Positions 1-12,104 of a DNA stretch of 64,000 bases are shown here, one piece after another. Position numbers and translations under genes: made by a program. The first letter of the stretch is position 1. Every line of letters begins with the position of its first letter. The DNA is from an uncultured delta proteobacterium. Its GTDB lineage: Bacteria; Desulfobacterota; Desulfobacteria; Desulfobacterales; Desulfosalsimonadaceae. The notes below the pieces were generated by a model, which ran no database searches, had not been told where the DNA came from, and saw only the letters and a list, made by a program, of their open reading frames with translations. Where the stretch lies: contig CAWGYD010000001.1 of assembly GCA_963826785.1 (NCBI GenBank), forward strand, positions 192,001-256,000, read 5' to 3'.

Positions 1-1581
1 TTGGATCCGTTTACGGACGACGTCCTCATCCACGCCGGTGATGAAATTGATGAAGCCGGCGTGAAGAAGATCGATGAGGCGGGCGTCACCTCCGTGCGGA
101 TCCGCTCGGTTCTGACCTGCAAGACAGAAAACGGCGTCTGCATCAGCTGCTACGGCCGGGATCTGTCCCATGGCGGACCCGTGGAGATGGGGCAGCCCGT
201 GGGCATCATGGCCGCTCAGTCCATCGGCGAACCCGGCACCCAGCTGACCATGCGGACCTTCCATATCGGCGGGACCGCCAGCCGCCGCGTGGAACAGGCC
301 GACATCCGGGCACGCATGGAAGGGACCATCAAGTACAACGTGCTCAACGTGGCCATCAACTCGGATAACCATATCATCGTCATGAACCGGCGGGGCGGTG
401 AATTTTCCATCGTAAGTGATTCCGGCCGCGAACTTGAGCGCTTCCCGATTATCTATGGTGCCGAGATCATGGTGAACGACGGCCAGAAGGTCAAGCAGGG
501 CGATCTGCTGGCGACCTGGGACCCTTTCACCACCCCCATCATCACGGCGGTTTCCGGAAAGATCAAATTCGGCGACCTGGTCATTGGGAAGACATTGAAG
601 GAAAAGGTCGATCCGGTCACCGGCAAATCGAGTCTGACGGTCGTCGACGCTACCAAAGCCGGGGATGTGCGTCCGCGTCTTTCCATCAAGGACAAGGAAG
701 GCAAGACCGCGGTCATTCCAGGTTCGGGGTCTGCCCGGTACACACTGCCCGTGGACACTATCCTGATGGTGGAGGAAAACGACTATGTGAAGGCCGGCGA
801 TATCATCGGAAAACTGCCCCGGGAAACCACCAAGACAAAGGATATCACCGGCGGTCTGCCCCGGGTCGCGGAGCTGTTCGAAGTCCGCAAACCCAAGGAA
901 ACGGCTGTTTTATCTGAAATTGACGGGTACGTCTCCATCGGCAAGACCCCGAAAAAAGGCAAGCAGAAAGTAACGGTCAGCCCGGTGGACGCGGGCGAGA
1001 AGAAGGAATACCTGATCCCCCGCGGCCGGCACATCAACGTGCTGGAAGGCGACTACGTCAAGGCCGGGGAGCAGCTGACCGGCGGCAGCCCCAATCCCCA
1101 GGATATCTTGAACATCAAGGGGGATGTGGCGCTGGCCCGATATCTGCTAAACGGCGTGCAGGAAGTTTACCGGCTCCAGGGCGTACGGATCAACGACAAG
1201 CACATCGAGATCATTATCCGCCAGATGATGCGCCGGGTGAAGATCAAGACCATCGGTGATACGGAATTCATCCCCGAGGAGCAGGTGGACAAGGTGCGCT
1301 TTGAAACCGCCAACCGGGAGATCCTGGCCAAGGGCGGGATACCGGCCACAGGCGAACCGCTGATTCTGGGCATCACCAAGGCCTCTTTGTCAACGGAAAG
1401 CTTCATCTCCGCCGCATCCTTCCAAGAGACCACCAAGGTCCTCACGGATGCCAGCATTTCCGGTGCCTATGACTCGCTTAAAGGTCTCAAGGAAAATGTC
1501 ATCATGGGCCGCCTGATCCCCGCGGGAACGGGCATGGATGAATACAGCAAACCGGATATCGAAGTGGAATCCGGGCATTAA
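1..1581 (+). CDS. rpoC: RNA polymerase beta' subunit, C-terminal part (5'-truncated by window)
   Basis: Motifs AAQSIGEPGTQLTMRTFHIGG, DITGGLPRVAELFE, ISAASFQETT, GLKENVIMGRLIPAGTG; stop at 1579-1581. Confidence 0.99.
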   Translation: MDPFTDDVLIHAGDEIDEAGVKKIDEAGVTSVRIRSVLTCKTENGVCISCYGRDLSHGGPVEMGQPVGIMAAQSIGEPGTQLTMRTFHIGGTASRRVEQADIRARMEGTIKYNVLNVAINSDNHIIVMNRRGGEFSIVSDSGRELERFPIIYGAEIMVNDGQKVKQGDLLATWDPFTTPIITAVSGKIKFGDLVIGKTLKEKVDPVTGKSSLTVVDATKAGDVRPRLSIKDKEGKTAVIPGSGSARYTLPVDTILMVEENDYVKAGDIIGKLPRETTKTKDITGGLPRVAELFEVRKPKETAVLSEIDGYVSIGKTPKKGKQKVTVSPVDAGEKKEYLIPRGRHINVLEGDYVKAGEQLTGGSPNPQDILNIKGDVALARYLLNGVQEVYRLQGVRINDKHIEIIIRQMMRRVKIKTIGDTEFIPEEQVDKVRFETANREILAKGGIPATGEPLILGITKASLSTESFISAASFQETTKVLTDASISGAYDSLKGLKENVIMGRLIPAGTGMDEYSKPDIEVESGH

Positions 1582-1670
1582 CGGATTTGGCGGATGATGC
1601 TGTTAAAAAGATGGGCAAATTCGTTGGTATTTGTTGAAAAGAAACGTTATGGTAATTGGGATAAAAGTTC

Positions 1671-1699
1671 TTGACAAGGGAATGATTCGAAGTTAATAT
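1671..1699 (+). promoter_or_regulatory. sigma70-type promoter of the str/S10 operon
   Basis: TTGACA (1671-1676), 17-nt spacer, TAATAT (1694-1699), ~55 nt upstream of rpsL. Confidence 0.75.
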
Positions 1700-1754
1700 T
1701 CGTTATTTTAGCTATCCGAAAAAAATAATGAAGATTTTTAAGGGTTTATGAAAG

Positions 1755-2126
1755 ATGCCGACTATCAATCAGCTGGTTCGTAAAGGACGGAAGAAAATCG
1801 TAAAAAAGAAGGCGGCGCCGGCGCTTCAGGGATCTCCTCAGAAGCGAGGGGTCTGCGTTCGGGTGTATACGGCAACTCCCAAAAAACCGAATTCCGCCTT
1901 GCGGAAAGTGGCCAGAGTCCGTCTGACCACCGGCACGGAAGTGTCCGCCTACATCCCCGGGATCGGGCACAACCTGCAGGAGCACTCGGTGGTGCTGGTT
2001 CGCGGCGGCCGTGTCAAGGACCTTCCCGGTGTGCGGTATCATGTGGTTCGTGGAACGCTGGACACCCTCGGTGTGGCGGACAGAAGACAGGGCCGTTCCA
2101 AGTACGGATCCAAGCGGCCGAAATAA
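1755..2126 (+). CDS. rpsL: 30S ribosomal protein S12
   Basis: [31 protein letters not shown]. Confidence 0.99.
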   Translation: MPTINQLVRKGRKKIVKKKAAPALQGSPQKRGVCVRVYTATPKKPNSALRKVARVRLTTGTEVSAYIPGIGHNLQEHSVVLVRGGRVKDLPGVRYHVVRGTLDTLGVADRRQGRSKYGSKRPK

Positions 2127-2169
2127 TCCTTAATTTACGGTAAAACCCAATCAGGAAATGGTGTAGTCA

Positions 2170-2640
2170 ATGCCAAGACGCAGAGAAGTTCCCGAACGAA
2201 AGGTCATACCGGATCTGAAGTATAACAGCGATCTGGTATCTCGTTTTGTCAACAACATCATGAAAGACGGGAAGAAGAGCACGGCCCAGTCGATCATTTA
2301 TGACGCCTTCGATTTCATCGAAAAAAAGACCGGTGAACCGCCGCTGAAAGTTTTCGAAAAGGCCATGAACAACGTCAAGCCGCAGGTGGAAGTCAAATCT
2401 CGCCGGGTAGGCGGTTCGACATATCAGGTCCCCACGGAAATCCGGCCGTCCCGCCGGGTGGCCCTGGCCATTCGTTGGCTGATCTCTTACTCCTCAAAGC
2501 GCTCGGAAAAATCCATGGCGCGTAAACTGGCCGCCGAATTGATGGAGGCCGCGGAGCTCCGGGGTGCAGCCGTGAAGAAAAAAGAGGATACGCACAAAAT
2601 GGCCGAGGCCAACAAGGCGTTTGCCCATTACCGCTGGTAG
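2170..2640 (+). CDS. rpsG: 30S ribosomal protein S7
   Basis: [27 protein letters not shown]. Confidence 0.99.
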   Translation: MPRRREVPERKVIPDLKYNSDLVSRFVNNIMKDGKKSTAQSIIYDAFDFIEKKTGEPPLKVFEKAMNNVKPQVEVKSRRVGGSTYQVPTEIRPSRRVALAIRWLISYSSKRSEKSMARKLAAELMEAAELRGAAVKKKEDTHKMAEANKAFAHYRW

Positions 2641-2692
2641 AGGGGTTATTTCCCGAATCAGTCGGATATCCGAGTCTTACAATAAAATGAAA

Positions 2693-2730
2693 TTTGCCCA
2701 TCCGGTATACCGGTATATCGGATGGGCAAA
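2693..2730. repeat. near-perfect 38-bp palindrome in rpsG-tuf spacer
   Basis: TTTGCCCATCCGGTATA-CCGG-TATATCGGATGGGCAAA; one G.T mismatch; no U-tract on + strand. Confidence 0.85.
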
Positions 2731-2820
2731 ATAACTTAAATACTCAAAGTCATCAACCATACGGTCCGTTAGACACAATGCGCAATATGAAATTTGCCAA
2801 TCGACCGGGAGGAGCAGAAA

Positions 2821-4014
<1,194 letters not shown>

Positions 4015-4033
4015 CTGAAAGAGAATATCTCAA

Positions 4034-4345
4034 ATGATAACAAACACAAAAATTCGAATCCGGCTCAGGGCCTACGATCACAAACTGCTGGACCAGTCCG
4101 CAAGGGACATCGTTGATACCGCCCGGAAAACCGGTGCCAAGGTCGTCGGGCCGATTCCGCTTCCCACCCGGATCAACAAGTTCACCGTGCTGCGTTCCCC
4201 GCATGTCGACAAGAAATCGCGGGAGCAGTTTGAAATTCGGACACACAAACGGGTCTTGGACATTCAGGACCCGACCCAGCAGACGGTGGACGCGCTGATG
4301 AAGCTCGATCTTTCCCCGGGTGTTGATGTGGATATTAAATTGTAG
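4034..4345 (+). CDS. rpsJ: 30S ribosomal protein S10
   Basis: [30 protein letters not shown]. Confidence 0.99.
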   Translation: MITNTKIRIRLRAYDHKLLDQSARDIVDTARKTGAKVVGPIPLPTRINKFTVLRSPHVDKKSREQFEIRTHKRVLDIQDPTQQTVDALMKLDLSPGVDVDIKL

Positions 4346-4365
4346 GCAAGGAATTGGGTGCGGAC

Positions 4366-5001
4366 ATGAGCAAAGGGATATTAGGCAGAAAATTGGGGAT
4401 GACCGGGTTGTTTGTCCACGACGGCCGTTACCTTCCGGTGACGGTGATCGAGGCGGGACCCTGCACGGTAACCCAGATCAAAACCAAGGCCAATGACGGA
4501 TACAATGCCCTTCAACTGGGTTTTGCGGAAAAAAAGGAATCCCGCGTGAACAAGCCCCAGAAAGGGCATTTCGCCAAATGCGGGGGGACATGCTTTTACC
4601 TGCTGCGGGAATTTCCGGTGGATAACCCGGAGGAGTTCCAACTGGGCCAGGAAATCGCGGCCGATATGTTCATGGTGGGCGAAAAGGTGGAAGTTTCCGG
4701 AAACAGCAAGGGACGCGGATTTTCCGGTACCATCAAGCGGCACGGGTTTCACCGGGGCCCCAAGACCCACGGCAGCCGGAACTACCGCGCGCCCGGGTCC
4801 ATCGGCCAGAGCGCCTGGCCGTCAAAGGTCATCAAAGGCAAGAAGATGCCGGGCCGGTACGGCAACACCCGTCATACCGTAAAGAACCTTGAAATCGTGG
4901 ATATCCGTCCCCAGGAAAATCTGATCCTGATCAAGGGCGCAGTGCCGGGACCGAACAGTGGCATGATCGAAATTCGAAAGATCGTCTCCAAAAAGCCCTA
5001 A
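4366..5001 (+). CDS. rplC: 50S ribosomal protein L3
   Basis: GILGRKLGMT, SKGRGFSG, KGKKMPG; ATG 4366 preferred over TTG 4354. Confidence 0.98.
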   Translation: MSKGILGRKLGMTGLFVHDGRYLPVTVIEAGPCTVTQIKTKANDGYNALQLGFAEKKESRVNKPQKGHFAKCGGTCFYLLREFPVDNPEEFQLGQEIAADMFMVGEKVEVSGNSKGRGFSGTIKRHGFHRGPKTHGSRNYRAPGSIGQSAWPSKVIKGKKMPGRYGNTRHTVKNLEIVDIRPQENLILIKGAVPGPNSGMIEIRKIVSKKP

Positions 5002-5044
5002 TCGAATGATTTTTCAGGACCCATATTAGAAAAAGAGGAATGAC

Positions 5045-5668
5045 ATGGCTGTCGTTGATGTAAAAAATACCAATGGAGAAAAGGTCTCGGAAGTTGAGCT
5101 GCCTGAAAGCATTTTCAACATTCCGATCAAGAACGCCGTTCTCCATCAAGTGGTCCGGATGCAGCTGGTCTCCCGCCGAAGGGGCACTGCCGCGGTGAAG
5201 CACCGCTCGGATGTCAAGGGGAGCTCCAAAAAGCTGTTCAAGCAAAAAGGGACCGGCCGGGCCCGGCGGGGTGATATCAAAAGTCCGCTGCTGAGGGGCG
5301 GCGGCTCAATCTTCGGGCCGGATCCGAGATCCTATGCATTCAAGGTCCCCAAGAAGGTCCGGCGCCTGGCGCTGAAAATGGCGCTGAGCAGCAAGTTGAA
5401 TGACAATATGCTCATGGTGCTCGACGCCTTCGATCTGGATCAGATCAAGACCAAAACGGTCGCCGCCGCGCTGGATCGGCTTAAGGTGGAAAAGCCGCTG
5501 ATCATTACGGCGGACAAAAACGACAACCTGGAAATCTCCTCCAGAAATTTACCCGGCGTGAAGGTGCTTCGGGCCGATGGATTGAATGTCTACGACATTT
5601 TGAATCATAAGAATCTGATTCTTCTTGCGCCTTCGATCAAGCACATTGAAGGGAGGCTGACGGTATGA
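5045..5668 (+). CDS. rplD: 50S ribosomal protein L4
   Basis: [17 protein letters not shown]10-operon position. Confidence 0.99.
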   Translation: MAVVDVKNTNGEKVSEVELPESIFNIPIKNAVLHQVVRMQLVSRRRGTAAVKHRSDVKGSSKKLFKQKGTGRARRGDIKSPLLRGGGSIFGPDPRSYAFKVPKKVRRLALKMALSSKLNDNMLMVLDAFDLDQIKTKTVAAALDRLKVEKPLIITADKNDNLEISSRNLPGVKVLRADGLNVYDILNHKNLILLAPSIKHIEGRLTV

Positions 5669-5952
5669 GAACATATCAAATCATAAAGGCACCGATCGAT
5701 ACGGAAAAAACCAATATCCAGAAGGAAACGAATAACCAGGTCACCTTCGAGGTCGATCCGTCGTCAAACCGGGTGGAAATCAGAAAAGCGGTGGAAGGCA
5801 TATTCAACGTCAAAGTCAAAGCGGTCCGGACATCTTCGGTCAAGGGGAAGTTCAAGCGCCGCGGCCGCATCGTCGGCAAGCAGAAAGACTGGAAAAAGGC
5901 CATCGTGACGTTGATGCCCGGAGAGCGGATTAATTTCTTTGAAGGAGTGTAA
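5665..5952 (+). CDS. rplW: 50S ribosomal protein L23
   Basis: P-x-x-[15 protein letters not shown] overlap with rplD. Confidence 0.98.
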   Translation: MRTYQIIKAPIDTEKTNIQKETNNQVTFEVDPSSNRVEIRKAVEGIFNVKVKAVRTSSVKGKFKRRGRIVGKQKDWKKAIVTLMPGERINFFEGV

Positions 5953-5967
5953 GCGGGGAGCTTTATA

Positions 5968-6792
5968 ATGGCAATCAAGAAGGTAAAACCCACATCGCAA
6001 GGCCGCCGATTTCAGGAATTTTCGACGTTCGACGAAATCACCACCGACAAGCCGGAGCGCAGCCTGATCAGGAGCCTCAATAAATCGGGCGGCCGGAATG
6101 CCAACGGGCGGATTACCTCCCGTCATCGGGGCGGCGGACACAAGCGCTACTACCGTATCATCGATTTCAAGCGGGACAAGGATGGGATCCCCGCCAAGGT
6201 GGCGACCATCGAGTATGATCCCAACCGCAGCTCCCGCATCGCGTTGCTCCATTATGCCGACGGCGAAAAACGCTATATTCTGGCAGCCGCCAAAATGGGG
6301 GTGGGCGATATGGTCATGTCCGGCCCGGACGCGGAAATCAAACCGGGAAATGCCCTTCCCCTGGGTCAGATCCCGCTGGGGACGCAGATCCACAACATCG
6401 AGCTTCAGTATGGAAAAGGCGGGCAGCTGGTCAAAAGCGCCGGCACCTATGCCCAGTTGATGGCCAAGGAAGGGCGGTACGCCACCATTAAACTGCCTTC
6501 TGGCGAAGTTCGGCTGGTTCTCCAGACCTGCAAGGCCAGCATCGGGCAGGTCGGCAACAATGATCACAGCAACATCAGCATCGGCAAGGCCGGACGCACC
6601 CGGATGCTCGGTAAACGACCGCAGAGCCGGGGGGTGGTCATGAACCCGGTGGATCATCCCATGGGCGGCGGTGAAGGTCGCTCCTCCGGCGGACGCCATC
6701 CCTGTACTCCCTGGGGAATGCCGACCAAGGGCTATCGGACCCGGAAAAACAAGAGCAGTGACCGGCTGATCGTCAAACGACGGAAGAAGTAA
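5968..6792 (+). CDS. rplB: 50S ribosomal protein L2
   Basis: [21 protein letters not shown]. Confidence 0.99.
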   Translation: MAIKKVKPTSQGRRFQEFSTFDEITTDKPERSLIRSLNKSGGRNANGRITSRHRGGGHKRYYRIIDFKRDKDGIPAKVATIEYDPNRSSRIALLHYADGEKRYILAAAKMGVGDMVMSGPDAEIKPGNALPLGQIPLGTQIHNIELQYGKGGQLVKSAGTYAQLMAKEGRYATIKLPSGEVRLVLQTCKASIGQVGNNDHSNISIGKAGRTRMLGKRPQSRGVVMNPVDHPMGGGEGRSSGGRHPCTPWGMPTKGYRTRKNKSSDRLIVKRRKK

Positions 6793-6843
6793 TCAAAGCG
6801 TTTTCAATGTTTATAGCAAATATGGAATAGAGCAGGAGCGATT

Positions 6844-7125
6844 ATGCCACGATCGTTGAAAAAAGGACCGTTTATCGATCCCTCATTGTCGGAAAAGGTG
6901 ACCACAGCACAGGAATCACGAAGCAACAAGGTGATCAAGACATGGTCCCGTCGTTCCACGATCATACCGGAAATGGTGGGCCTGACCCTGGCGGTGCATA
7001 ACGGTAAAAAGTTCGTGCCGGTGTTTGTGACGGAAAACATGGTGGGACATAAGCTGGGCGAATTTTCCCCCACCCGGACGTTCTACGGTCACGCCGGTGA
7101 CAAGAAAACCAAATTGAAACGATAA
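6844..7125 (+). CDS. rpsS: 30S ribosomal protein S19
   Basis: [21 protein letters not shown]. Confidence 0.99.
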   Translation: MPRSLKKGPFIDPSLSEKVTTAQESRSNKVIKTWSRRSTIIPEMVGLTLAVHNGKKFVPVFVTENMVGHKLGEFSPTRTFYGHAGDKKTKLKR

Positions 7126-7150
7126 CATGCAAGGGTGAGGGATTTCTGCC

Positions 7151-7483
7151 ATGGAGGTTAAGGCCACGGGAAAATATATGCGCATTTCTCCCCAGAAGGT
7201 CCGCCAGATAGTGGACGCCGTAAAAGGAAAACCGGTGGAAACCGGATTGAATGCGCTGAAATTCATGCCGCAAAAGTCAGCTGCAATCGTGGAGAAAATA
7301 TTGCGCTCGGCGATTGCCAACGCGGATCACAATTCGGATCTGGATGTGGATTCTCTGGTGATCAAAAACATTATTGTCAATGAAGGCCCCACGTTAAAAC
7401 GTTTTCGCCCACGGGCGAGGGGGCGCGGCTCTCGGATTCTCAAGAGGATGAGCCATATCACGGTTGTGGTTGACGAAGGGTAG
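7151..7483 (+). CDS. rplV: 50S ribosomal protein L22
   Basis: [21 protein letters not shown]. Confidence 0.99.
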   Translation: MEVKATGKYMRISPQKVRQIVDAVKGKPVETGLNALKFMPQKSAAIVEKILRSAIANADHNSDLDVDSLVIKNIIVNEGPTLKRFRPRARGRGSRILKRMSHITVVVDEG

Positions 7484-7503
7484 CGAAAAAGGAGGATAAG
7501 AGC

Positions 7504-8148
7504 TTGGGTCAGAAGGTCAATCCGAAAGGAATGCGGCTTGGTATTACGCGAACCTGGAATTCCAGATGGTATGCGGGGAAAAACTACTCCAAATATGTCC
7601 TGGAAGATCATCAGATTCGGACGTTTCTGAAAAAGCGGCTGTTTCACGCCGGGGTTTCCAAAATCGACATCGAACGGTCGTCCAGGCGGATCAAGCTGCG
7701 AATATTTGCCGCTCGGCCCGGAATCATCATCGGGAAAAAGGGCTCCGAGATCGAGTTGTTGAAAAAGGATCTCGAAAAGATGGTGACATCCGAGGTGATG
7801 GTGGATATTCAGGAGGTCCGGAAGCCGGAGATCGATGCCCAGCTGGTCGCCGAGAACGTCGCCAATCAGCTGGTAAGACGGATCGCGTTCCGCCGCGCCA
7901 TGAAACGCGCCGTGGTATCGGCCATGCGGTTTGGGGCCGAAGGGGTCAAGATCATCTGCTCCGGCCGGCTGGGCGGCGCGGAAATGGCCCGCACCGAATG
8001 GTACAAGGAAGGACGCGTGCCGCTGCATACCCTTCGGGCCGATATTGATTACGGGGTGACCAGCGCCCATACCACCTACGGGGCCATCGGGATCAAGGTT
8101 TATGTCTTCAAGGGCGAGATCCTTCAGGAAGAGCAACTGCCGGCATAA
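7504..8148 (+). CDS. rpsC: 30S ribosomal protein S3
   Basis: TTG start after [34 protein letters not shown]. Confidence 0.99.
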   Translation: MGQKVNPKGMRLGITRTWNSRWYAGKNYSKYVLEDHQIRTFLKKRLFHAGVSKIDIERSSRRIKLRIFAARPGIIIGKKGSEIELLKKDLEKMVTSEVMVDIQEVRKPEIDAQLVAENVANQLVRRIAFRRAMKRAVVSAMRFGAEGVKIICSGRLGGAEMARTEWYKEGRVPLHTLRADIDYGVTSAHTTYGAIGIKVYVFKGEILQEEQLPA

Positions 8149-8267
8149 TTCCATTTAAGCATTCAAGATGATACCCGGGCGGCAAGGCGGCGGCGGAGGC
8201 GTACACATAAGTACGTTGAGGTGCCGCGACGCAGCCAACTCGGGTAGCGCCTGAATGCGAAAAGGAA
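8149..8267 (+). repeat. ~120-nt imperfect hairpin element (REP/MITE-like or structured RNA) in rpsC-rplP spacer
   Basis: Nested arms: TTCC/GGAA, GCATTCA/TGAATGC, TACCCGGG/CTCGGGTA, GGC/GCC, GCGGCG/TGCCGC, GCGTAC-ACATAA-GTACGT. Confidence 0.75.
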
Positions 8268-8301
8268 CTTGAGGCAATCAATATTTGGGAGATAGTCAAA
8301 G

Positions 8302-8715
8302 ATGCTGAGTCCGAAAAAAGTCAAATTCAGAAAACAGCAGACCGGACGGATGAAGGGGATGGCCTACCGCGGTTCAACCTTGAATTACGGTGATTTCGGC
8401 CTGCAGGCCGTGGAGTGCGGATACCTTACTTCCAGGCAGATCGAAGCCGCCCGTATCGCCATGACCCGCCACGCCAAGCGCGGCGGCAAGATGTGGATCC
8501 GCATTTTTCCGGACAAACCGGTGACCAAGAAACCCGCTGAAGTCCGGATGGGTAAAGGAAAAGGGGCGCCCGAAGGCTGGGTAGCGGTGATCCGGCCGGG
8601 AAGAATCCTCTATGAAATGGAGGGGGTTACCAAGGAAGTGGCCCATGAAGCGCTCCGTCTTGCTTCTTATAAGCTGCCCATTAAAACCAAAATTGTGGAA
8701 AGGGGCGAAATGTAA
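8302..8715 (+). CDS. rplP: 50S ribosomal protein L16
   Basis: [21 protein letters not shown]. Confidence 0.99.
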   Translation: MLSPKKVKFRKQQTGRMKGMAYRGSTLNYGDFGLQAVECGYLTSRQIEAARIAMTRHAKRGGKMWIRIFPDKPVTKKPAEVRMGKGKGAPEGWVAVIRPGRILYEMEGVTKEVAHEALRLASYKLPIKTKIVERGEM

Positions 8716-8903
8716 TGGAAGCAAAGGAAATCAGAGATCTCAGCGATGCTGAACTCAATGCGAAAATTACGGATACGGTCCAATCCCTCTTTAATCTGCG
8801 CTTTCAGCACAAAACCGGCCAGCTGGATAACCCCACACGGCTCAAGCAGGTCAAGCGGGATATCGCCCGGATGAAAACGATACAGCGGGAAAGATCCTTA
8901 TGA
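8715..8903 (+). CDS. rpmC: 50S ribosomal protein L29
   Basis: LFNLRFQ, KRDIARMKT; TAATG coupling to rplP. Confidence 0.98.
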   Translation: MEAKEIRDLSDAELNAKITDTVQSLFNLRFQHKTGQLDNPTRLKQVKRDIARMKTIQRERSL

Positions 8904-9160
8904 AAAGTGAAAGAGGCATGAAAAGACAGTTGGAGGGTACGGTTTTGAGCAACAAGATGGACAAAACCGTGACGGTCAGGGTGGAACGGACGGTCATTCA
9001 CCCGATCTACAAGAAATTCATCCGGCGTCGCGTCAAGTTTTCCGCCCATGACGAGCAGAACACCTGCTCCATTGGCGACCGCGTCCTGATTACCGAATCG
9101 AAACCGATCAGCAAGTCCAAGCGGTGGCGGGTAAGCCGAATCATTGAAAAAGCTGTGTGA
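8900..9160 (+). CDS. rpsQ: 30S ribosomal protein S17
   Basis: KMDKTVTV, HPIYKK, PISKSKRW. Confidence 0.98.
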   Translation: MKSERGMKRQLEGTVLSNKMDKTVTVRVERTVIHPIYKKFIRRRVKFSAHDEQNTCSIGDRVLITESKPISKSKRWRVSRIIEKAV

Positions 9161-9177
9161 TGTAAAGGATAAATGAA

Positions 9178-9546
9178 ATGATACAGGCGGAAACGAGATT
9201 GTCTGTTGCAGATAATTCAGGTGCCAAGGAAGTATACTGCATCAAGGTACTGGGTGGAAGCCGGCGTCGTTATGCCCGCGTCGGTGATATCATCGTGGTG
9301 TCGATCAAGGAAGCCATCCCCAATTCCAAGGTGAAAAAAGGGGACGTCCATAAGGCGGTGGTGGTGCGGACCAAGAAGGAAATACAACGGCCGGACGGTT
9401 CCCTGATCCGGTTTGACGACAATTCCGCCGTCCTGATCAACGCCCAGCGGGAGCCCATCGGGACCCGGATCTTCGGACCCGTCGCTCGGGAACTGCGCGC
9501 CCAGCGGTTTATGAAAATCATCTCACTGGCCCCCGAGGTTTTATAG
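9178..9546 (+). CDS. rplN: 50S ribosomal protein L14
   Basis: [27 protein letters not shown]. Confidence 0.99.
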   Translation: MIQAETRLSVADNSGAKEVYCIKVLGGSRRRYARVGDIIVVSIKEAIPNSKVKKGDVHKAVVVRTKKEIQRPDGSLIRFDDNSAVLINAQREPIGTRIFGPVARELRAQRFMKIISLAPEVL

Positions 9547-9574
9547 GATCACTCAGATCCTTAGGAGACATTAT

Positions 9575-9898
9575 ATGAACGAGCGCCACATAAAGAAAAA
9601 CGATAAGGTCAAAGTGATTGCCGGCAAAGACAAAGGCAAGGTCGGCAAAGTGCTGGATGTATATCAGGACAAAGACCGTCTTCTGGTTGAAAACGTCAAC
9701 ATGGTCAAGCGGCATACACGCCCCGACTCCAAGAACCGCCAGGGCGGGATCGTCGAAGGGGAAGCAGCGATTCACTGGTCCAATGTGATGCTGATGTGCA
9801 ACAAGTGCCTGGCCGCGGTGCGGATCAAGATGCAATACCTGGAAGACGGAAAAAAAGTTCGGGTGTGCAGAAAATGTAATGAAGTCATTGATGCATAA
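9575..9898 (+). CDS. rplX: 50S ribosomal protein L24
   Basis: KOW motif [21 protein letters not shown]. Confidence 0.98.
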   Translation: MNERHIKKNDKVKVIAGKDKGKVGKVLDVYQDKDRLLVENVNMVKRHTRPDSKNRQGGIVEGEAAIHWSNVMLMCNKCLAAVRIKMQYLEDGKKVRVCRKCNEVIDA

Positions 9899-9921
9899 TG
9901 GCGCATGCCGGAGGAATATTC

Positions 9922-10458
9922 ATGTCATTAAAAGCGTTTTATGATACCGAGGTGGTTCCCAAGCTGATCGAGGCCTTCAACTACGGAAATCCGTTTGAAG
10001 TGCCCAAGCTGGAAAAGATCGTGCTGAACATGGGCCTGGGGGAAGCCATCCACAATATCAAGCTTCTCGATTCCGCGAAAGAGGAGCTCATGACCATCTC
10101 CGGCCAGGCGCCGGTGGTGACCCGGGCGAAAAAGTCCGTAGCGGCCTTCAAGGTCCGGGAAGGGATGCCCATCGGCTGCATGGTAACCCTGCGCCGCCAG
10201 CGGATGTTCGATTTTTTCGATAAACTGGTGAACATCGCCCTGCCCCGGGTGCGTGACTTCCGGGGAATATCCGGCAAGGCATTTGACGGATTCGGCAACT
10301 ATACCCTGGGCATCCGGGAGCAGATCATCTTCCCGGAGATCGACTATGACAAGATCGATGCCATCAAGGGACTGAACGTTACCATCGTGACCAGTGCCAA
10401 AACAGACGAAGAAGGCAAGCAGCTCCTGAAATTGATGGGAATGCCCTTCAGAAATTAG
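9922..10458 (+). CDS. rplE: 50S ribosomal protein L5
   Basis: [28 protein letters not shown]; start moved to ATG 9922 behind GGAGGA. Confidence 0.98.
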   Translation: MSLKAFYDTEVVPKLIEAFNYGNPFEVPKLEKIVLNMGLGEAIHNIKLLDSAKEELMTISGQAPVVTRAKKSVAAFKVREGMPIGCMVTLRRQRMFDFFDKLVNIALPRVRDFRGISGKAFDGFGNYTLGIREQIIFPEIDYDKIDAIKGLNVTIVTSAKTDEEGKQLLKLMGMPFRN

Positions 10459-10482
10459 CTTTGAGTCGATAAGGAGGCAAAT

Positions 10483-10668
10483 TTGGCTAAGAAATCGCTG
10501 ATGATCAAGGCGAGCCGGAAACCGAAGTTTTCCGTCCGGCATTACAACCGGTGCCCGATCTGCGGACGGCCACGGGCCTATATTCGGAAATTCGGCATCT
10601 GCCGGATCTGCTTCCGGGACATGGCATCCGAAGGGCTTCTTCCGGGCGTAACCAAATCCAGCTGGTAG
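10483..10668 (+). CDS. rpsN: 30S ribosomal protein S14, zinc-binding (type Z) form
   Basis: TTG start; CPICGR...CRICFR; 61 aa. Confidence 0.98.
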   Translation: MAKKSLMIKASRKPKFSVRHYNRCPICGRPRAYIRKFGICRICFRDMASEGLLPGVTKSSW

Positions 10669-10742
10669 GCAGTGATTACCGCTGTTGATCGCGAAATCAT
10701 CGAAACTGAAACAATCATTGAAAGTAAACGGAGTATACGACC

Positions 10743-11141
10743 ATGTCGATAAGTGATCCTTTATCGGATATGCTGACCCGGGTCCGCAATGCCGGCAAAG
10801 CCAAGCATGCGAGTGTGGACATTCCGGGCTCAAAACTGAAGGTCGCTCTGGCAGGGGTGATGAAGGACGCCGGATATATCCGGAATTACAAGTTTATCAA
10901 AGATAACAAGCAGGGAATCCTTCGCATCTATCTCAAGTACGATCAGAAGGACCAGCATGTCATTTATGGTATTGAGCGGGTCAGCCGCCCGAGCCGCCGC
11001 ATCTATGTGCAGGGCAAGGATGCCAAGCCGGTCCTGAACGGCATGGGCATCGCGGTGCTGTCCACCTCCAAGGGGGTGATGACAGACAAGACCGCCCGCA
11101 AGGAAAACGTCGGTGGTGAAATACTCTGTAAAATCTGGTAG
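10743..11141 (+). CDS. rpsH: 30S ribosomal protein S8
   Basis: DPLSDMLTRVRNA, STSKGVMT, VGGEILC. Confidence 0.99.
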   Translation: MSISDPLSDMLTRVRNAGKAKHASVDIPGSKLKVALAGVMKDAGYIRNYKFIKDNKQGILRIYLKYDQKDQHVIYGIERVSRPSRRIYVQGKDAKPVLNGMGIAVLSTSKGVMTDKTARKENVGGEILCKIW

Positions 11142-11155
11142 TCAAGGAGAATAAC

Positions 11156-11689
11156 ATGTCTCGTGTGGGAAGAAAACCGATTGCGATACCCGATAAGACC
11201 AAAGTGTCCTTGAACGACCGGATACTGACGATACAGGGCGAAAAGGGGACGCTGACGCAGGCGATTCATCCGGACGTACAGGTCAACATGGAGGACAACG
11301 TGCTGACCGTCAGCATCGGCCGTCAGGACAAGAAAACCCGCGCGCTGTGGGGAATGACCCGGGCCATCGTCGCCAACATGGTCACAGGGGTTTCCAAGGG
11401 ATTCGAGCGGGTCCTGGAGATCAACGGAATCGGGTACCGGGCCGAATCCAAGGGAAACAGCATCGTGTTTCACCTGGGATATTCGCATCCCATCGATTAT
11501 CCGCTTCCCGACGGCGTTGAAGCCAAGATCGATCGAAACATCATCCGGCTTTCGGGCATCAACAAGGAACTCCTCGGGTTTACCGCCTCGACCATTCGGC
11601 GACTTCGTCCACCGGAACCCTACAAGGGTAAAGGGGTGAAATATGCCGAGGAAAAAATCACGCGCAAGGCCGGCAAGACCGCAAAATAA
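11156..11689 (+). CDS. rplF: 50S ribosomal protein L6
   Basis: MSRVGRKPI, GYSHP, PEPYKGKG. Confidence 0.99.
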   Translation: MSRVGRKPIAIPDKTKVSLNDRILTIQGEKGTLTQAIHPDVQVNMEDNVLTVSIGRQDKKTRALWGMTRAIVANMVTGVSKGFERVLEINGIGYRAESKGNSIVFHLGYSHPIDYPLPDGVEAKIDRNIIRLSGINKELLGFTASTIRRLRPPEPYKGKGVKYAEEKITRKAGKTAK

Positions 11690-11716
11690 CAATCGGTTAT
11701 AGATAGGTGGACAGAA

Positions 11717-12085
11717 ATGGGATCAGTCAATCAGCGCAAAATGCTGCGCGAAAAGCGTAAAAAACGCATCCGGAAACGGATCACCGGCACCACGGAACGG
11801 CCGAGACTGACCGTTTACCGGAGCGCCAGGCACATCTATACTCAGATCATCGACGACACGAAGGGGGTTACGCTGGCATCGGCCTCCACCGTGGAAAAAG
11901 AGGTCCGGGAACAGCAGACGTTTGCAAACAAAACTGCGGCGGCCGTATTCATCGGGAAACTGATCGCACAGCGGGCCACTTCCCAGGGGATCAAATCCGT
12001 CGTATTTGACCGTAATGGATTCCTGTACCACGGCCGCGTCAAGGCAATTACCGACGGCGCCCGCGAAGCAGGTCTTGATTTTTAA
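11717..12085 (+). CDS. rplR: 50S ribosomal protein L18
   Basis: [23 protein letters not shown]. Confidence 0.99.
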   Translation: MGSVNQRKMLREKRKKRIRKRITGTTERPRLTVYRSARHIYTQIIDDTKGVTLASASTVEKEVREQQTFANKTAAAVFIGKLIAQRATSQGIKSVVFDRNGFLYHGRVKAITDGAREAGLDF

Positions 12086-12104
12086 GTAAAAGAGGAGGCA
12101 CCCC

